From NCBI RefSeq assembly GCF_009914755.1, contig NC_060928.1: a stretch of DNA of 64,000 nt. One strand, 5' to 3'. This document shows, piece by piece, positions 28,649-40,933 of this stretch; the stretch's first letter is position 1, and each line of letters begins with the position of its first letter. The notes beneath the pieces were generated by a model that ran no database searches, had not been told where the DNA came from, and saw only the letters and a list, made by a program, of their open reading frames with translations. The translations under genes were made by a program, and so were the position numbers. This DNA is from the human T2T-CHM13v2.0 reference genome, Homo sapiens.

Positions 28649-29932
28649 CTGTACAAGAGAAGTGAAACTTTACACACACACACCCATAATTAAGAAGGTG
28701 TCATGCCATACATAAATTTCACTCCTACGACAGTCTAATTTCTGCTGTAACTATGATTTATAGTTGCCACAAAGGCTATCCCAACTTTTATGGATCAGAT
28801 TCAGTCCCACGCAGCGAGAAAACAATAGAATATACAAACATAAAACTCACACATATGCATATACCAGGAAATAGACGAATGCCAAGTTGAATCAATGAGA
28901 GGTAAAATGGGTATAGTTTGTGGTACTTAAAATGTACCTCTTAGGTTTCTTCTCAGTGTGGAAATTTTTTTTAACTAAAAATATATATACCTCAAAAAAG
29001 CTGTTAAAAAACAACCATGAAAAGCAGTCAATGAATGGGAATGAAACAAGGAAGCCACTTCCTTTGCTGCATGTACAGGAGAATGCCACATTGACAATCT
29101 TTCCCACGTTTTGCTAGTTTTATCAGATCTTGAAGCTTTGCATGGCTGAACCAAAATAACTGCTTTGTGAAATATGAAAAGTACATTTCTTACTTTATGT
29201 CTAAGTAATATCCATTTTTTTCTCTTTTAATTAAGGTTTACCGGTCTGGGTTACATATTCATAAATTATTACCACAAAAGGCCTTCAGCGTAAAAATTGC
29301 AAAAACATATGAAGTACTGATTGAATATTCTAATTTAATTCAAATTTAAGTTTTCTAAGAATTTTGACTATATGGCTTTGATAGCACTATCTAGTGAACA
29401 TGTGCTTAAGCATTCACTCTAAAAAAATGTTTCAGCAAACAACTTTCAAATAATTTTCATTTAACAAAAGTAGAGTTTTCTAGTACACACAAAAAATTAA
29501 TCACTATTACTACATTTAGAGACCTACCCAACCCCCTCCTCCACATATCCCTGGGCAATAGATTCCTTACATTTTGAAAAAATTCTAACTATAACCCTGC
29601 TCTTTACCTCTAATCAAATATTAATGTCTTTTTGAGCTAAGTCACCAGGCAACATAAAATATCCCTTTTGTAAGGCCCTGGATTAGAACACCTCTCCCTA
29701 ACATTCCTACTCATCATCCAAAATAAAGGAGCAGACTATTTCTAATAGATAATATCCATTCTAGTGGAAGTGGTGTTGTCTTTGTGGAAGAACAATTCAA
29801 AAGAACTCTCCAGAATTTTCTAGTGAAGGCACATTAAAAGTTACCACACAGCAAGTCACACCCTCTGTCCCCTTCTTTATTTATTGGCTGCCAGAAGTCA
29901 GCTCCGGCTCAGGAAAACATTCCTCCACTTAC

Positions 29933-30031
29933 TTCGCATGTCTTTTTTCATCATCACGGTTCAGGTTTGCCACATATCCTTCAAGGTATTTTTGCAGCTC
30001 TTCAAATGTACCGACAGTTTGGTTGAATGTT
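29933..30031 (-). CDS. PRKG2: PRKG2 coding exon (exon 10)
   Basis: tatttag|AACATTC...ATGCGAA|gtaagt; 99 nt; TFNQTVGTFEELQKYLEGYVANLNRDDEKRHA(K). Confidence 0.96.
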
Positions 30032-30309
30032 CTAAATAGATAGAATAAAGTAAAATGCTCCGTGCTGATAGTTACCAAGGCAACTTGACATTCTTCTAAG
30101 CTCATAAAACACAAGCTGGTTATTCCTGACTTTATAAATCATTTTTTAAATAATTTATGAAATATTGAAGTTGATGTAATATGTACAAGGGTTATTAAAA
30201 GCTATATATAATTGATCCTTTGATTTTATAAAAGCAAAGGGGCTATTAATGAGAACAGGAAACTTTTTTATAGTTTTCTGCCTTGTATTTAAGGTTATAT
30301 ATATATATA

Positions 30310-30953
30310 TATTTTTTTTTTATTATACTTTAAGTTCTAGGGTACATGTGCACAATGTGCAGGTTAGTTACATATGTATACATGTGCCATGCTGGTGTGC
30401 TGCACCCATTAACTCGTCATTTACATTAAGTATATCTCCTAATGCTATCCCTCCCCCCTCCCCCCACCCCATGACAGGCCCCGGTGTGTCATGTTCCCCT
30501 TCCTGTGTCCAAGTGTTCTCATTGTTCAGTTCCCACCTATGAGTGAGAACATGCAGCGTTTGGTTTTTTGTCCTTGCGATAGTTTGCTGAGAATGATGGT
30601 TTCCAGCTTCATCCATGTCCCTACAAAGGACATGAACTCATCATTTTTTATGGCTGCACAGTATTCCGTGGTGTATATGTGCCACATTTTCTTAATCCAG
30701 TCTATCATTGTTGGACATTTGGGTTGGTTCCAAGTCTTTGCTATTGTGAGTAGTGCCGCAATAAACATACATGTGCATGAGTCTTTATAGCAGTATGATT
30801 TATATTCCTTTGGGTATATACCCAGTAATGGGATGGCTGGGTCAAATGGTATTTCTAGTTCTAGATCCCTGAGGAATCGCCACACTGTCTTCCACAATGG
30901 CTGAACTAGTTTACAGTCCCACCAACGGTGTAAAAGTGTTCCTATTCCTCCAC
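30310..30953 (-). mobile_element. 5'-truncated L1PA (about PA4-5) 3' end in intron 9
   Basis: ORF 30526..30897 is the ORF2p C-terminus; flanked by aaggtt on both sides; (TA)n at tail. Confidence 0.93.
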
Positions 30954-33900
30954 AAGGTTTAACAACAATTTTTTAGAGAAGATAGTGGGAAGGGAACAGC
31001 CTTACATGATGTGTTTACTGAATCAACAGGTTACAGGGGTTAAAGATTCTTTTAACTTTGCTTAATAAAGTTAAGCTATATATATTTTAAATCAAGAATA
31101 AAATTTATCTCTTGTCTCAAGATAACTCTCTCCATTTCACATTCCTTCATAATTAAATCCAAATCATTTTACCTTACTTTAGTAGTTCTCTGAGGATCAG
31201 CCAACATCTCATTACCTTTCTCACCCTTCCTGGATCACAGGTTTCTCATAGGCCTGATCTAATCACTCTGTCTCCTGTCCATGATCACTGGGAATTCTAA
31301 CATAGTCCTATGCCCTTGAGAAAAAATAATCCTTTTCCTCACCAGTGAAAGGTCAACTTTCTTGATTACTTCCAATGCTTCCCTGCTTCTAACTCCAACA
31401 ATCCATCTTGACTGGTAATTATTAGGGTACTTCTTTTCCCTACTACAAAATAGTATCCTTCTTAAAAGTAAAGACCATGCTTTAATCATCTTTGTAACAT
31501 TTTAAGTACCTAGTACACAGTAGAATGAAAAGAGTGAGTTTACCTCAAAATACCTAAAATTAATAAGCCAGAGCCACCTCAATATTGTGCTGTCTCAACT
31601 TACTGCCTCTACCCATTTACTTGACAACCAATCTATATTTACTTTATTAAGCACATATTACCTACTGTGCAGGGTATTTTTCCTTTCCCCTCCAGATCTA
31701 TTCTCTACTCTTTTCTAGCCTGTTCTATGGACTGACCTTTGTCGACTGAAGAGTAGTGAGACATAAAACAGGATGGCTATGAATTTTCTAATCTCCAATA
31801 GTTGAAATTTTCTGTTAAAAAGGAAACACTCTTACTTTGTTTTACTTTTATTTATTCTATACTTCACCATTATTTTGCTGGCTATTAAACTAACTGCAGT
31901 ATTACTGTAAACAAATCTTATTTTCTAAATAGAGGTGAGATGGGTGCTATAGGTCTCTAGAAATTCTCCACTAACTAATCCTAAAGTCAAGTTTAAACAG
32001 CTACAAAATTGTTGCTGTGATATTCAAATAGCCTACATTAATTCAGATGCTATAGCCTGAGCAATAACTAATGAACTTTTTTTTTGAAATTTGTCCCAAC
32101 AGTCAGTGATAGAGATGTGACAAATAGCATTTCCCATTTGTTTAGAGCTCTTGCCATACAAAAGGGTTATTTCATATTTTATCACATTTAAAAATAGGAA
32201 ATATAACTCAAAGTTTAACTCTCCTTCTTGCACTGTAAGCAATCTAAGCCTTTGTTAAAATCATGAATTAAGAAAGAAGAAATAAAAAGTCATTGGCTTT
32301 CAGTCACTATATTTCATTGCAAGGATGGTGCCCTGTATTCAGCCACCATCTGGTGAGCACTTCCCATATGCCAAGGACTATGTCAAAGGCTGGCACTGCA
32401 ACCACAGTGAACAAGTTACATGTTTCTGTATTTATGAAGCTTACAGAAGCATGGAGAGACAGATGTTAAATAAAACAATCAAGGTATTATAATGATATGA
32501 CAAGGGTATAAAGGCTGCTATGAGAGCATTATTGTGGGATCTTATTCTAGTCTATAAGTCATAGCTAGGATGATCATATAATTTATCATCCAAGCTGGAA
32601 TATATTTCTGAGTGAAATGATGTGTCAATATTAAAAATATGCTGGTGTAATCTGAACTGTCTCAGTAAATCCAAGATGTAAGTAAACCTAGTTATATCTG
32701 ATAATCAGTTTGTCTTATCCACAGAAAATATTCACGTAATTTTTATGTCTCATTGTGCCTAATGCAATACTTTGTATATTGCAGACTCTAAATTATACAC
32801 ACATGAACTAAACATTTTAAAATTATAAACTGGCAAGTAACTTGTAAGCCATATAAAATTATTGCATCCTCTTTATGGATTATGAATACATGAGACATTG
32901 TATAAATATGTGGTGTATGTGATTATAATGAAGAAAAAAGAAATGAGCTCCTCCTTTCTATCCTATTTGTAGTCCTAGCATTTTGCATCCATTTATAATA
33001 TTTTACCACACAGCTAATGCCACTCAGTGCTTGCACATATTTTAAGGAACATATATAGAAAACAATGCATTATTGATACAATACTGTACCAATATATTTT
33101 CCATTTGAGAGTTGGCATCCAAAGATTACCTTTATCTGAACACACTTCACACTTTTCTAGTCCTATGTTTTTGCTTGAGGGTTTTATTTCACCTAGGGTG
33201 ACTTTGACATTTCCTCTTTGCCTAGAAAAGTCCTGTTAATACTTTAAATCCCTTTTCCACACCTAAAAATTAAAATAAAACCTTGACCACTTTACTGCAT
33301 AGTGATTGCTCCTCTTTTTGAACACATGCTTGGGAGCCAACTGGCATGGTGGGAAGCATGGGGAAATGAGTTAGAAAGCCTGGACAGGGACGGCTCCAAC
33401 ACAGGGAGCACTGCTGGGGAAATTATGTAACCTACCTGGGACTCATTTTGTATCTGTAGAGGAGAGAATTAAAATAACTCTAAGTGATATTAAGAATTAT
33501 TGTTAACATTTCAGGCATGTTAGCCTTATTGTGGTCATGCATTACATGTAATACTTAGCTTTTAGAAATGCAACTAAAATGTATAGATAAAATAATTTTA
33601 TGTTGGGAATTTGCTTAAAAATAGTGTGGAGATAGCAGGAAGTGGTAAAGGGGTATAGATAAGGCATAAATTGATCATTGTTTAACTTGCATTATGGGTT
33701 CATGATACCATTCTATTTTTTGATATGTTTAAAATTTTCTATAATAAAAATATATTTTTAAATGCTCTAAAGTTTTTTCCAGCTCTATATCTCTAGACTC
33801 TATTTTCAATAAATGTTGTATTTAACAGTCAACTATATACTACCTTGTGATATCTGTTGTCATTTTATAATCTTTGTTAATATTTCATATGCGTATGCTC

Positions 33901-34586
33901 TATTTCTTTGACTACACTATGACTTTTCTGACAATGGCCTGCCTTTGGTATCACTGAATTTCCTTCATTTTGTCAAGTAGATAACCAGAAATATTGAGTT
34001 GATTAATGAGAAACCCAGGGGGGCAGATTCAAACATTATTTCAAATGAGTGATGCATATAAAATGAGACTTATTTTGAAGAATAACCTAAGACATTTAGA
34101 GATTAATATTGACACACATCACTTACAAATTACAACAAATGTTCAATTAAAGCCACTCTGGAAAAATATGTAGCTAATATATATTTTATGCTTTGAGAGA
34201 AGGTTTTGTTCAAAAATTGACCACTAAAGGCATTTTAGAAATAAATTATGTAATTGTTCACTATATTGTATGGAAGAAATCCATAAGCGAACGAATCAAC
34301 TTACTTCCCTAGAAGATGCAGAATTTAAATCAGCCTATTGCTGATATTTATGTATAAACTCTGTACACAAAATATTTAGCCTTCCAGCATCTGCCCCTGC
34401 CACAGACCGATTCAGATCAGAAGGCCCTGTTCCTTCCCATGAATTTTAATAGAATGTACTTGCAGCTGAGATCGGCCAGTATTTCCAAGTGGTGATGAAT
34501 GAGAAAACAGATCGGCCTTGAAGTAACAGAAGGCCAAGTCTTCAAAGGTGGCAGTGGCCTGCCTCCTCCAACATCAGTATACTCAC

Positions 34587-34655
34587 TCTCGATCTATAAC
34601 CAGGCATGCAACATCATTTTCTTCAGCAATAATGTTAGCTGACCTGACATCATCA
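34587..34655 (-). CDS. PRKG2: PRKG2 coding exon (exon 9), cNMP-B
   Basis: tttgcag|TGATGAT...ATCGAGA|gtgagt; 69 nt; DDVRSANIIAEENDVACLVIDR(E). Confidence 0.96.
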
Positions 34656-35774
34656 CTGCAAACAAAAATAGGAAAGTCAATTTTCACTATAATTAGAAAT
34701 TAAACATCCACTTTTATTAGGGAATGTACTAACTTTGTATGAAAACACCACCATCACTTACACCTCCCAAAAACTGCTGCTTTTAAACATCATAATTTAT
34801 ATCCCCCCAAAAAAAGATTTGAAATGTGCCCCAGTAGAGGTTATGTACACAAAGAATTCAGAGGAGAAGAAGATAATTGCACTGGGAACAGAGAAGAATA
34901 AGTGACTACAAATGTTTATGGAATCTCATTCTGAGCTTTGTGAAAGTCAAAATAAAATAGCTCTCCTCTGATCAAAGGAGAACTATTCACTAACAAGAAG
35001 GCAAAACTGAAATTAACTTATCAGAGAAATGTATTGGAAAAACAGTCAAGTAATTAGCATAAGATCAACCAATCATTAATAAAATAAAAAAGTAGTTTCA
35101 GTGCCATATCACCCAATTAATTAAATACTAAAATACTTTCATTTCAAAGTGTAAAGTGTATATTTTTCCATTAAAATCTCTGAAATTAGAGCATGTCTTA
35201 AAATTGATAAATTGTAGTGTAATTAGCAGCATTTTCTTTTTCTTAGGTGTATATAATATAGCAGTGCATCTTATAATTGACATCTTGCAATTATATATGA
35301 TCCAATGGTAGCAAATTTAATTACCTAATGAATGCCAGTGGGTATCAGGTAAAGTACTTCTTTACAGACCTTTACTTATATTAGCTTCCTCCCTCTATTA
35401 GTTATAAACTAAAAGACACACACACAAAAGGTACATCCACAAGGCACCCAGTGCTCTGAGATTCATTTAAGATGACTTGGGAGTACTAAGCATACCCTGG
35501 AGTATGCTTTGGGACTCTTCTAGGCAACTTCATCAAAAATGTTATCGCACAAAGTGTATTTCCTTTGCCTTCTCTTAGTAATGGGACAGGAAAAACACTG
35601 GCAGCCCATCTCTACTATTTCAAAGACCCCTATCTACCTAGCTCACATTCTGAGACCTTCTGACATAACTCACTGTCCCTCCCAAGTTTACAGGGTCCTT
35701 GTTAGAAGATATCAGTGAAAACACTTCAGTTTCATGGACCTTTGAGACAGCAGCAGGAAAATTTGTGCTTGTAT

Positions 35775-35870
35775 ATGTAGAGGTAGAGATAGAGATAGAG
35801 ATGGTGGATGTAGAGCCAGACAGATCTAGAAATAGACATAAGCATAGACATAGACATAGACACAGACATG
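35775..35870. repeat. Compound hexamer microsatellite (ATAGAG)n/(ATAGAC)n
   Basis: gagatagagatagag...acatagacatagacataga. Confidence 0.8.
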
Positions 35871-37662
35871 ATCTTGATTGTAGGCCAACCATTTGATCTG
35901 TGAGCTTAGAGAAAGGAAAGGCATATGGTATTCCTTTTGCATGTCAGTATCATGATTTTGACTGAGAATATTCTCTGCAAACATTTTACAAGTATTAGAT
36001 GTATGCAAATACACTTATGTTTCTTCCATAGTAACTGTGTAAGTGCCATAGATTTATTTTTGCACATAAAATTCTGAAAGAACTCCAGGGACTATTTAAT
36101 GTCAAGTCATGGAAATATACAGAATATAAGGATTACTGAATCACGGTCAGTGGCCCTAAAATGTGATAGCATTAAAAGGCACAAAAATATAAAAATATTT
36201 GTCTCCAACTTTCCTTCTCATTGATTTTAGCTTAATGCTTTCAAACACCTTTAGGAGTTGAGTGTCTATCTTAAACATAAATTCCCATGCTTTTTTTATT
36301 GGAAAACACTATAATTGGCTAGCCACAACATATAGCATAAATTATTTCAGGCCCAGCAAAACTGAATAACATATTTTCTTTCAAGAGCTATTTTGACTCT
36401 ATACTGCATTTATAAAGTGCTGTGCACTTTCAAGCTTCCGTTGTTTTGCTTGAAAGTATGAGAAAATCTGTAAGCGTTAAGAACAAAGACACTGAAGCCC
36501 TGGATAATGATATTACATTATTATATTGCATGAATGTATTTATATTCTGTTACAAATAAACACAAAGAATATTAATTTTCCTAATATTGAAACAAGTTCA
36601 TTACCGGCTATAAAGTGGTAAAGAAGAATTCAGCTTATCTTTAAATCCCACTTTTAAATTGCTACATAATAGCTAAAACTTTATTTTTTTGGTTTTCTTT
36701 AAAAACTAAGAGATTTGTGATTTTTAAAGACTCAAATTTGTCTTCAGGTAATATCTGAACACTTTTTCTTTGCTCTGTACTTATGTAAACCTGATCTACA
36801 AATCAGCAGAATTGGGGTTTCATAGGCAAAGGTTAAGAAGATAAATGAACAGGAATACTATTCCTTTTCCAAAAGCATACAGTTGAAACAAATGCATTTA
36901 ATCATATGTAAATTTTAACTGATTTCTTAAATAATTCCAAGTATTAACTTGAAAACATAGATAATTCCAATAAAGTGTGTTGCTCTAACTTTAACTTAAT
37001 ATTTTATAAAGTTATTTATATTTAGGAAAATGCATTTGATCAGACTTGAGGTTTTATGAGTTCCAGGAAATGCAAAGTGTCCCTCGAGCCATTTAATTAA
37101 CTTTTAAAAATATTTCTTCCATAAATTAGATCAACAGTAAATAAACTCATACCTCAAGACTGAAGGTTGTGGTAAAAATTGCAAATATACTATTTTGAGT
37201 TGTTTTTAAAACTTGCAAAACGAGCTGATAAAAATTCTTAAGAAAAATACTTTTGACCTGATGATTTAAAAGCACACAAAATATATAAAATTATTTCGTA
37301 ATTTTTAAAAAGGTGAAAACTCTAAAGTAGGCAATATTTCAAATGTTGGGAATATAAAGATCTGTATACAAGTGTAATTTTTCCATTTTTAACCTTTTCT
37401 CAGACCCTTTTTTGAAACTAAAAAGTTTAATAGAACACCAATTTCATTTTCACTAGCAAACTTAAGATTTTCCAATTATTTCCTCTGCAAATTAGCATAC
37501 TCATTTCCCGCATAAAAATTTAAGAAATCACTTCAAAATATTTAATATTAGGATATTTGTTGCCATTAACTTGGTAGCTCAATTTAACAACTCTAAATGA
37601 TTTTATATAAAAAATAGTCGAAGCATTTTATCCAAAGTATGGCATATAATTCATGAATTCAC

Positions 37663-37757
37663 CTGATAAGAGCTTTTTCTCCAAAGTATTCTCCTTTCTG
37701 CAGTGTTTTTATCAGCTGTGGTTGATCATGGCCTTCTGTGCTCTGTGTTACTTTTAC
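37663..37757 (-). CDS. PRKG2: PRKG2 coding exon (exon 8), cNMP-B
   Basis: tgtttag|GTAAAAG...TTATCAG|gtgaat; 95 nt; VKVTQSTEGHDQPQLIKTLQKGEYFGEKALI(S). Confidence 0.96.
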
Positions 37758-39346
37758 CTAAACAATGTTAAGCAATACAAACAGAAAGAGACTGAAGAAA
37801 AAGGAGAATCTGAACACACATTCATTCAACCAAACCCTCTAGACCTATATAAACTTGGACAAGGAAAAAGACAATACTTTGTTTTAATTTTATGGTAATT
37901 AGGACAATTACCTACATTCAGCCCATTTTGATGGATGTGGGAAGTCCTATGGTCTAATATTATCAAATAACTACCCACTGTAAGAGGAAAATTCACCATC
38001 TAAACTCCACCTCCTAAAGTTAAATTTTAAATGTGAATCCAGTGATTCCTTCTGAGAGATCCACAAAGCAAATAATAATGGTCTTGTGGGAACTTTTTCT
38101 ATTTTAAAAAGCCTAATATAGTTGACAAATTAATCAAAAATAAGGTTGAGTATCAGTAGTTCTGAGTCTGGTATCAATAGATTGACTGGCCGAATCCTGT
38201 GCACCTCCTAAAACTGAATGCAAAATGTTGATTGAAGAAGGGTCTACAACTTTCATGGGCATCTCAAAGCAATCTGTTGCCCAGAAAGGCTTAAGAACCC
38301 CCCACCCAGCAGGGCCAAACAGAAAAAGCCCTGTTTGTGGCTAGAGTTATTCCAATTCAACATGGTAACAAGTGCTGATTCAGGCTGAATAGAAATTCTG
38401 TTTGGCATTTATGTATGTCACAATGAATTAAAATTTTAAAAATAAAAAATGCAATTTTTTATCACCAAGAATTATTTCAAAGTATGGGGTCTAGGTTGGG
38501 AAAAAATGACAAGAAGTAGTTCCTAGTGTTGAAGAGTTTCAGAGGTTTGAAACTATTTTGTTCATGTTTTTCCTTCACTTGGGGCCAAATTCAAAGTTCA
38601 ACCACAATCCAGTTTACAAATGGCAGTGCCTGACTCCCTGATGGTAAACCCTTCCATATAACATATGTAAAAATCTGACAGTTTATACACACAGGTGCTC
38701 AAGAATTGGCCCTTCCCTTCAATATTTCACAAATGCTTTTCATCTCTGAGTAATACTGTTGAGTCAACATTGGAACAACTGGCAACATGTTATCCATTCA
38801 ATATCTAGGTAAAGAAAAAGACTTATTGTACATGTTAGTATAAATTTTGCATCAGCATCTAAATTCACTTGAGCTGTTTTGTATCAATTGAAATTCTGAG
38901 CCATATTGGTTCTATAAGCCTGATACCTAATCATGACTGTCTTCAATTGCTGAATTCATTCTCCACCTGCTACTTGTCATATCTATTGGATAAGAAAATA
39001 TTCTAGTACTGATCTTGGAATCTGGGGATGATTGAGAATCACATAGTCATAGCCAGAAGGGACCTTATAAATAATCCAGCCATCTCATATACAATTAAGC
39101 TAGGTCTCTCCCCAAAAAATCAAGTGACCTACATAACATCACTAAGAAGTTATTATTTCTTAGGGGGTCCTGTGGCCTCCACTCCAAAGCCAGTGTTCAA
39201 ACAGAATTGCATGGGACTCTACTGGTAGAAGCTCCTTTATCTGTCCAAAGTGGAGGACCTATGTTGCAATGCAAAGCATAGTTGAGTTTATGGCAAACTG
39301 ATTTAAAATAATCTTTTTTATTTAGTAAGTTTTAATTAATAGTTAC

Positions 39347-39424
39347 CTTTCCTTTTGCCAAAATGAAAAAGGTACTTCCTTCCTCGCCCTCTCTAATGAT
39401 GTAATCTCCTTTGTCATAGTATTC
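39347..39424 (-). CDS. PRKG2: PRKG2 coding exon (exon 7), cNMP-binding domain B
   Basis: ccaacag|GAATACT...AGGAAAG|gtaact; 78 nt; EYYDKGDYIIREGEEGSTFFILAKGK. Confidence 0.96.
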
Positions 39425-39456
39425 CTGTTGGGATGAGAGAGAAAGAAAATGTAAGA

Positions 39457-40360
39457 GCGGGTGGAGCCAAGATGGCCTAATAGGAACAGCTCCAGTATAC
39501 AGCTCCCAGCGTGAGCGGCGCAGAAGACGGGTGATTTCTGTATTTCCATCTGAGGTACCGGGTTCATCTCACTAGGGAGTGCCAGACAGTGGGCACAGGT
39601 CAGTGGGTGCGCGCACCGTGCGCGAGCCGAAGCAGGGCGAGGCATTGCCTCACTCAGCAAGCACAAGGGGTCAGGGAGTTCCCTTTCCTAGTCAAAGAAA
39701 GGGGTGATGGACAGCACCTGGAAAATCGGGTCACTCTCACCCGAATATCGCGCTTTTGGGACGGCCTTAAAAAAACGGCGCACCACGAGATTATATCCCC
39801 GCACCTGGCTCGGAGGGTCCTACGCCCACGGAGTCTTGCTGATTGCTAGCACAGCAGTCTGAGATCAAACTGCAAGGCAGCAGCGAGGCTCGGGGAGGGG
39901 CGCCCGCCATTGCCCAGGCTTGCTTAGGTAAACAAAGCAGCCAGGAAGCTCAAACTGGGTGGAGCCCGCCACAGCTCAAGGAGGCCTGCCTGCCTCTGTA
40001 GGCTCCACCTCTGGGGGCAGGGCACAGACAAACAAAAAGACAGCAGTAACCTCTGCAGATTTAAATGTCCCTGTCTGACAGCTTTGAAGAGAGCAGTGGT
40101 TCTCCCAGCACGCAGCTGGAGATCTGAGAACGGGCAGACTGCCTCCTCAAGTGGGTCCCTGACCCTGACCCCCGAGCAGCCTAACTGGGAGGCACCCCCC
40201 AGCAGGGGCACACTGACACCTCACACGGCAGGGTACTCCAACAGACCTGCAGCTGAGGGTCCTGTCTGTTAGAAGGAAAACTAACAAACAGAAAGGACAT
40301 CCACAGCAAAAACCCATCTGTACATCACCATCATCAAAGACCAAAAGTACATAAAACCAC
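39457..40360. promoter_or_regulatory. L1 5'UTR: CpG-rich sense promoter and antisense promoter (ASP)
   Basis: Complete 5'UTR with many CpGs retained; bidirectional activity of L1PA 5'UTRs is established, activity of this copy is untested. Confidence 0.6.
39791..39910 (-). pseudogene. L1 ORF0, truncated to 39 aa
   Basis: MAGAPPRASLLPCSLISDCCASNQQDSVGVGPSEPGAGI*; an extra G causes the early stop; donor CAG|GTGCGG after nt 106 (39805) is intact. Confidence 0.8.
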
Positions 40361-40595
40361 AAAGATGGGGAAAAAACAGAGCAGAAAAACTAGAAACTCT
40401 AAAAAGCAGAGCGCCTCTCCTCCTCCAAAGGAACGCAGTTCCTCACTAGCAACAGAACAAAGCTGGACGGAGAATGACTTTGACGAGCTGCGAGAAGAAG
40501 GCTTCAGACGATCAAATTACTCTGAGCTACGGGAGGACATTTAAACCAAAGGCAAAGAAGTTGAAAACTTTGAAAAAAATTTAGAAGAATGTATA

Positions 40596-40933
<338 letters not shown>

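Noticed and set aside
35638-36014. ORFs with HRHRHR, EIEIE and CLCLCL tracts
   Set aside because: Translations of a hexamer microsatellite
39343-39666. 107-aa minus-strand ORF running from the L1 5'UTR across exon 7
   Set aside because: Out of frame with PRKG2, starts at a non-ATG codon and stops at the donor; no fusion protein
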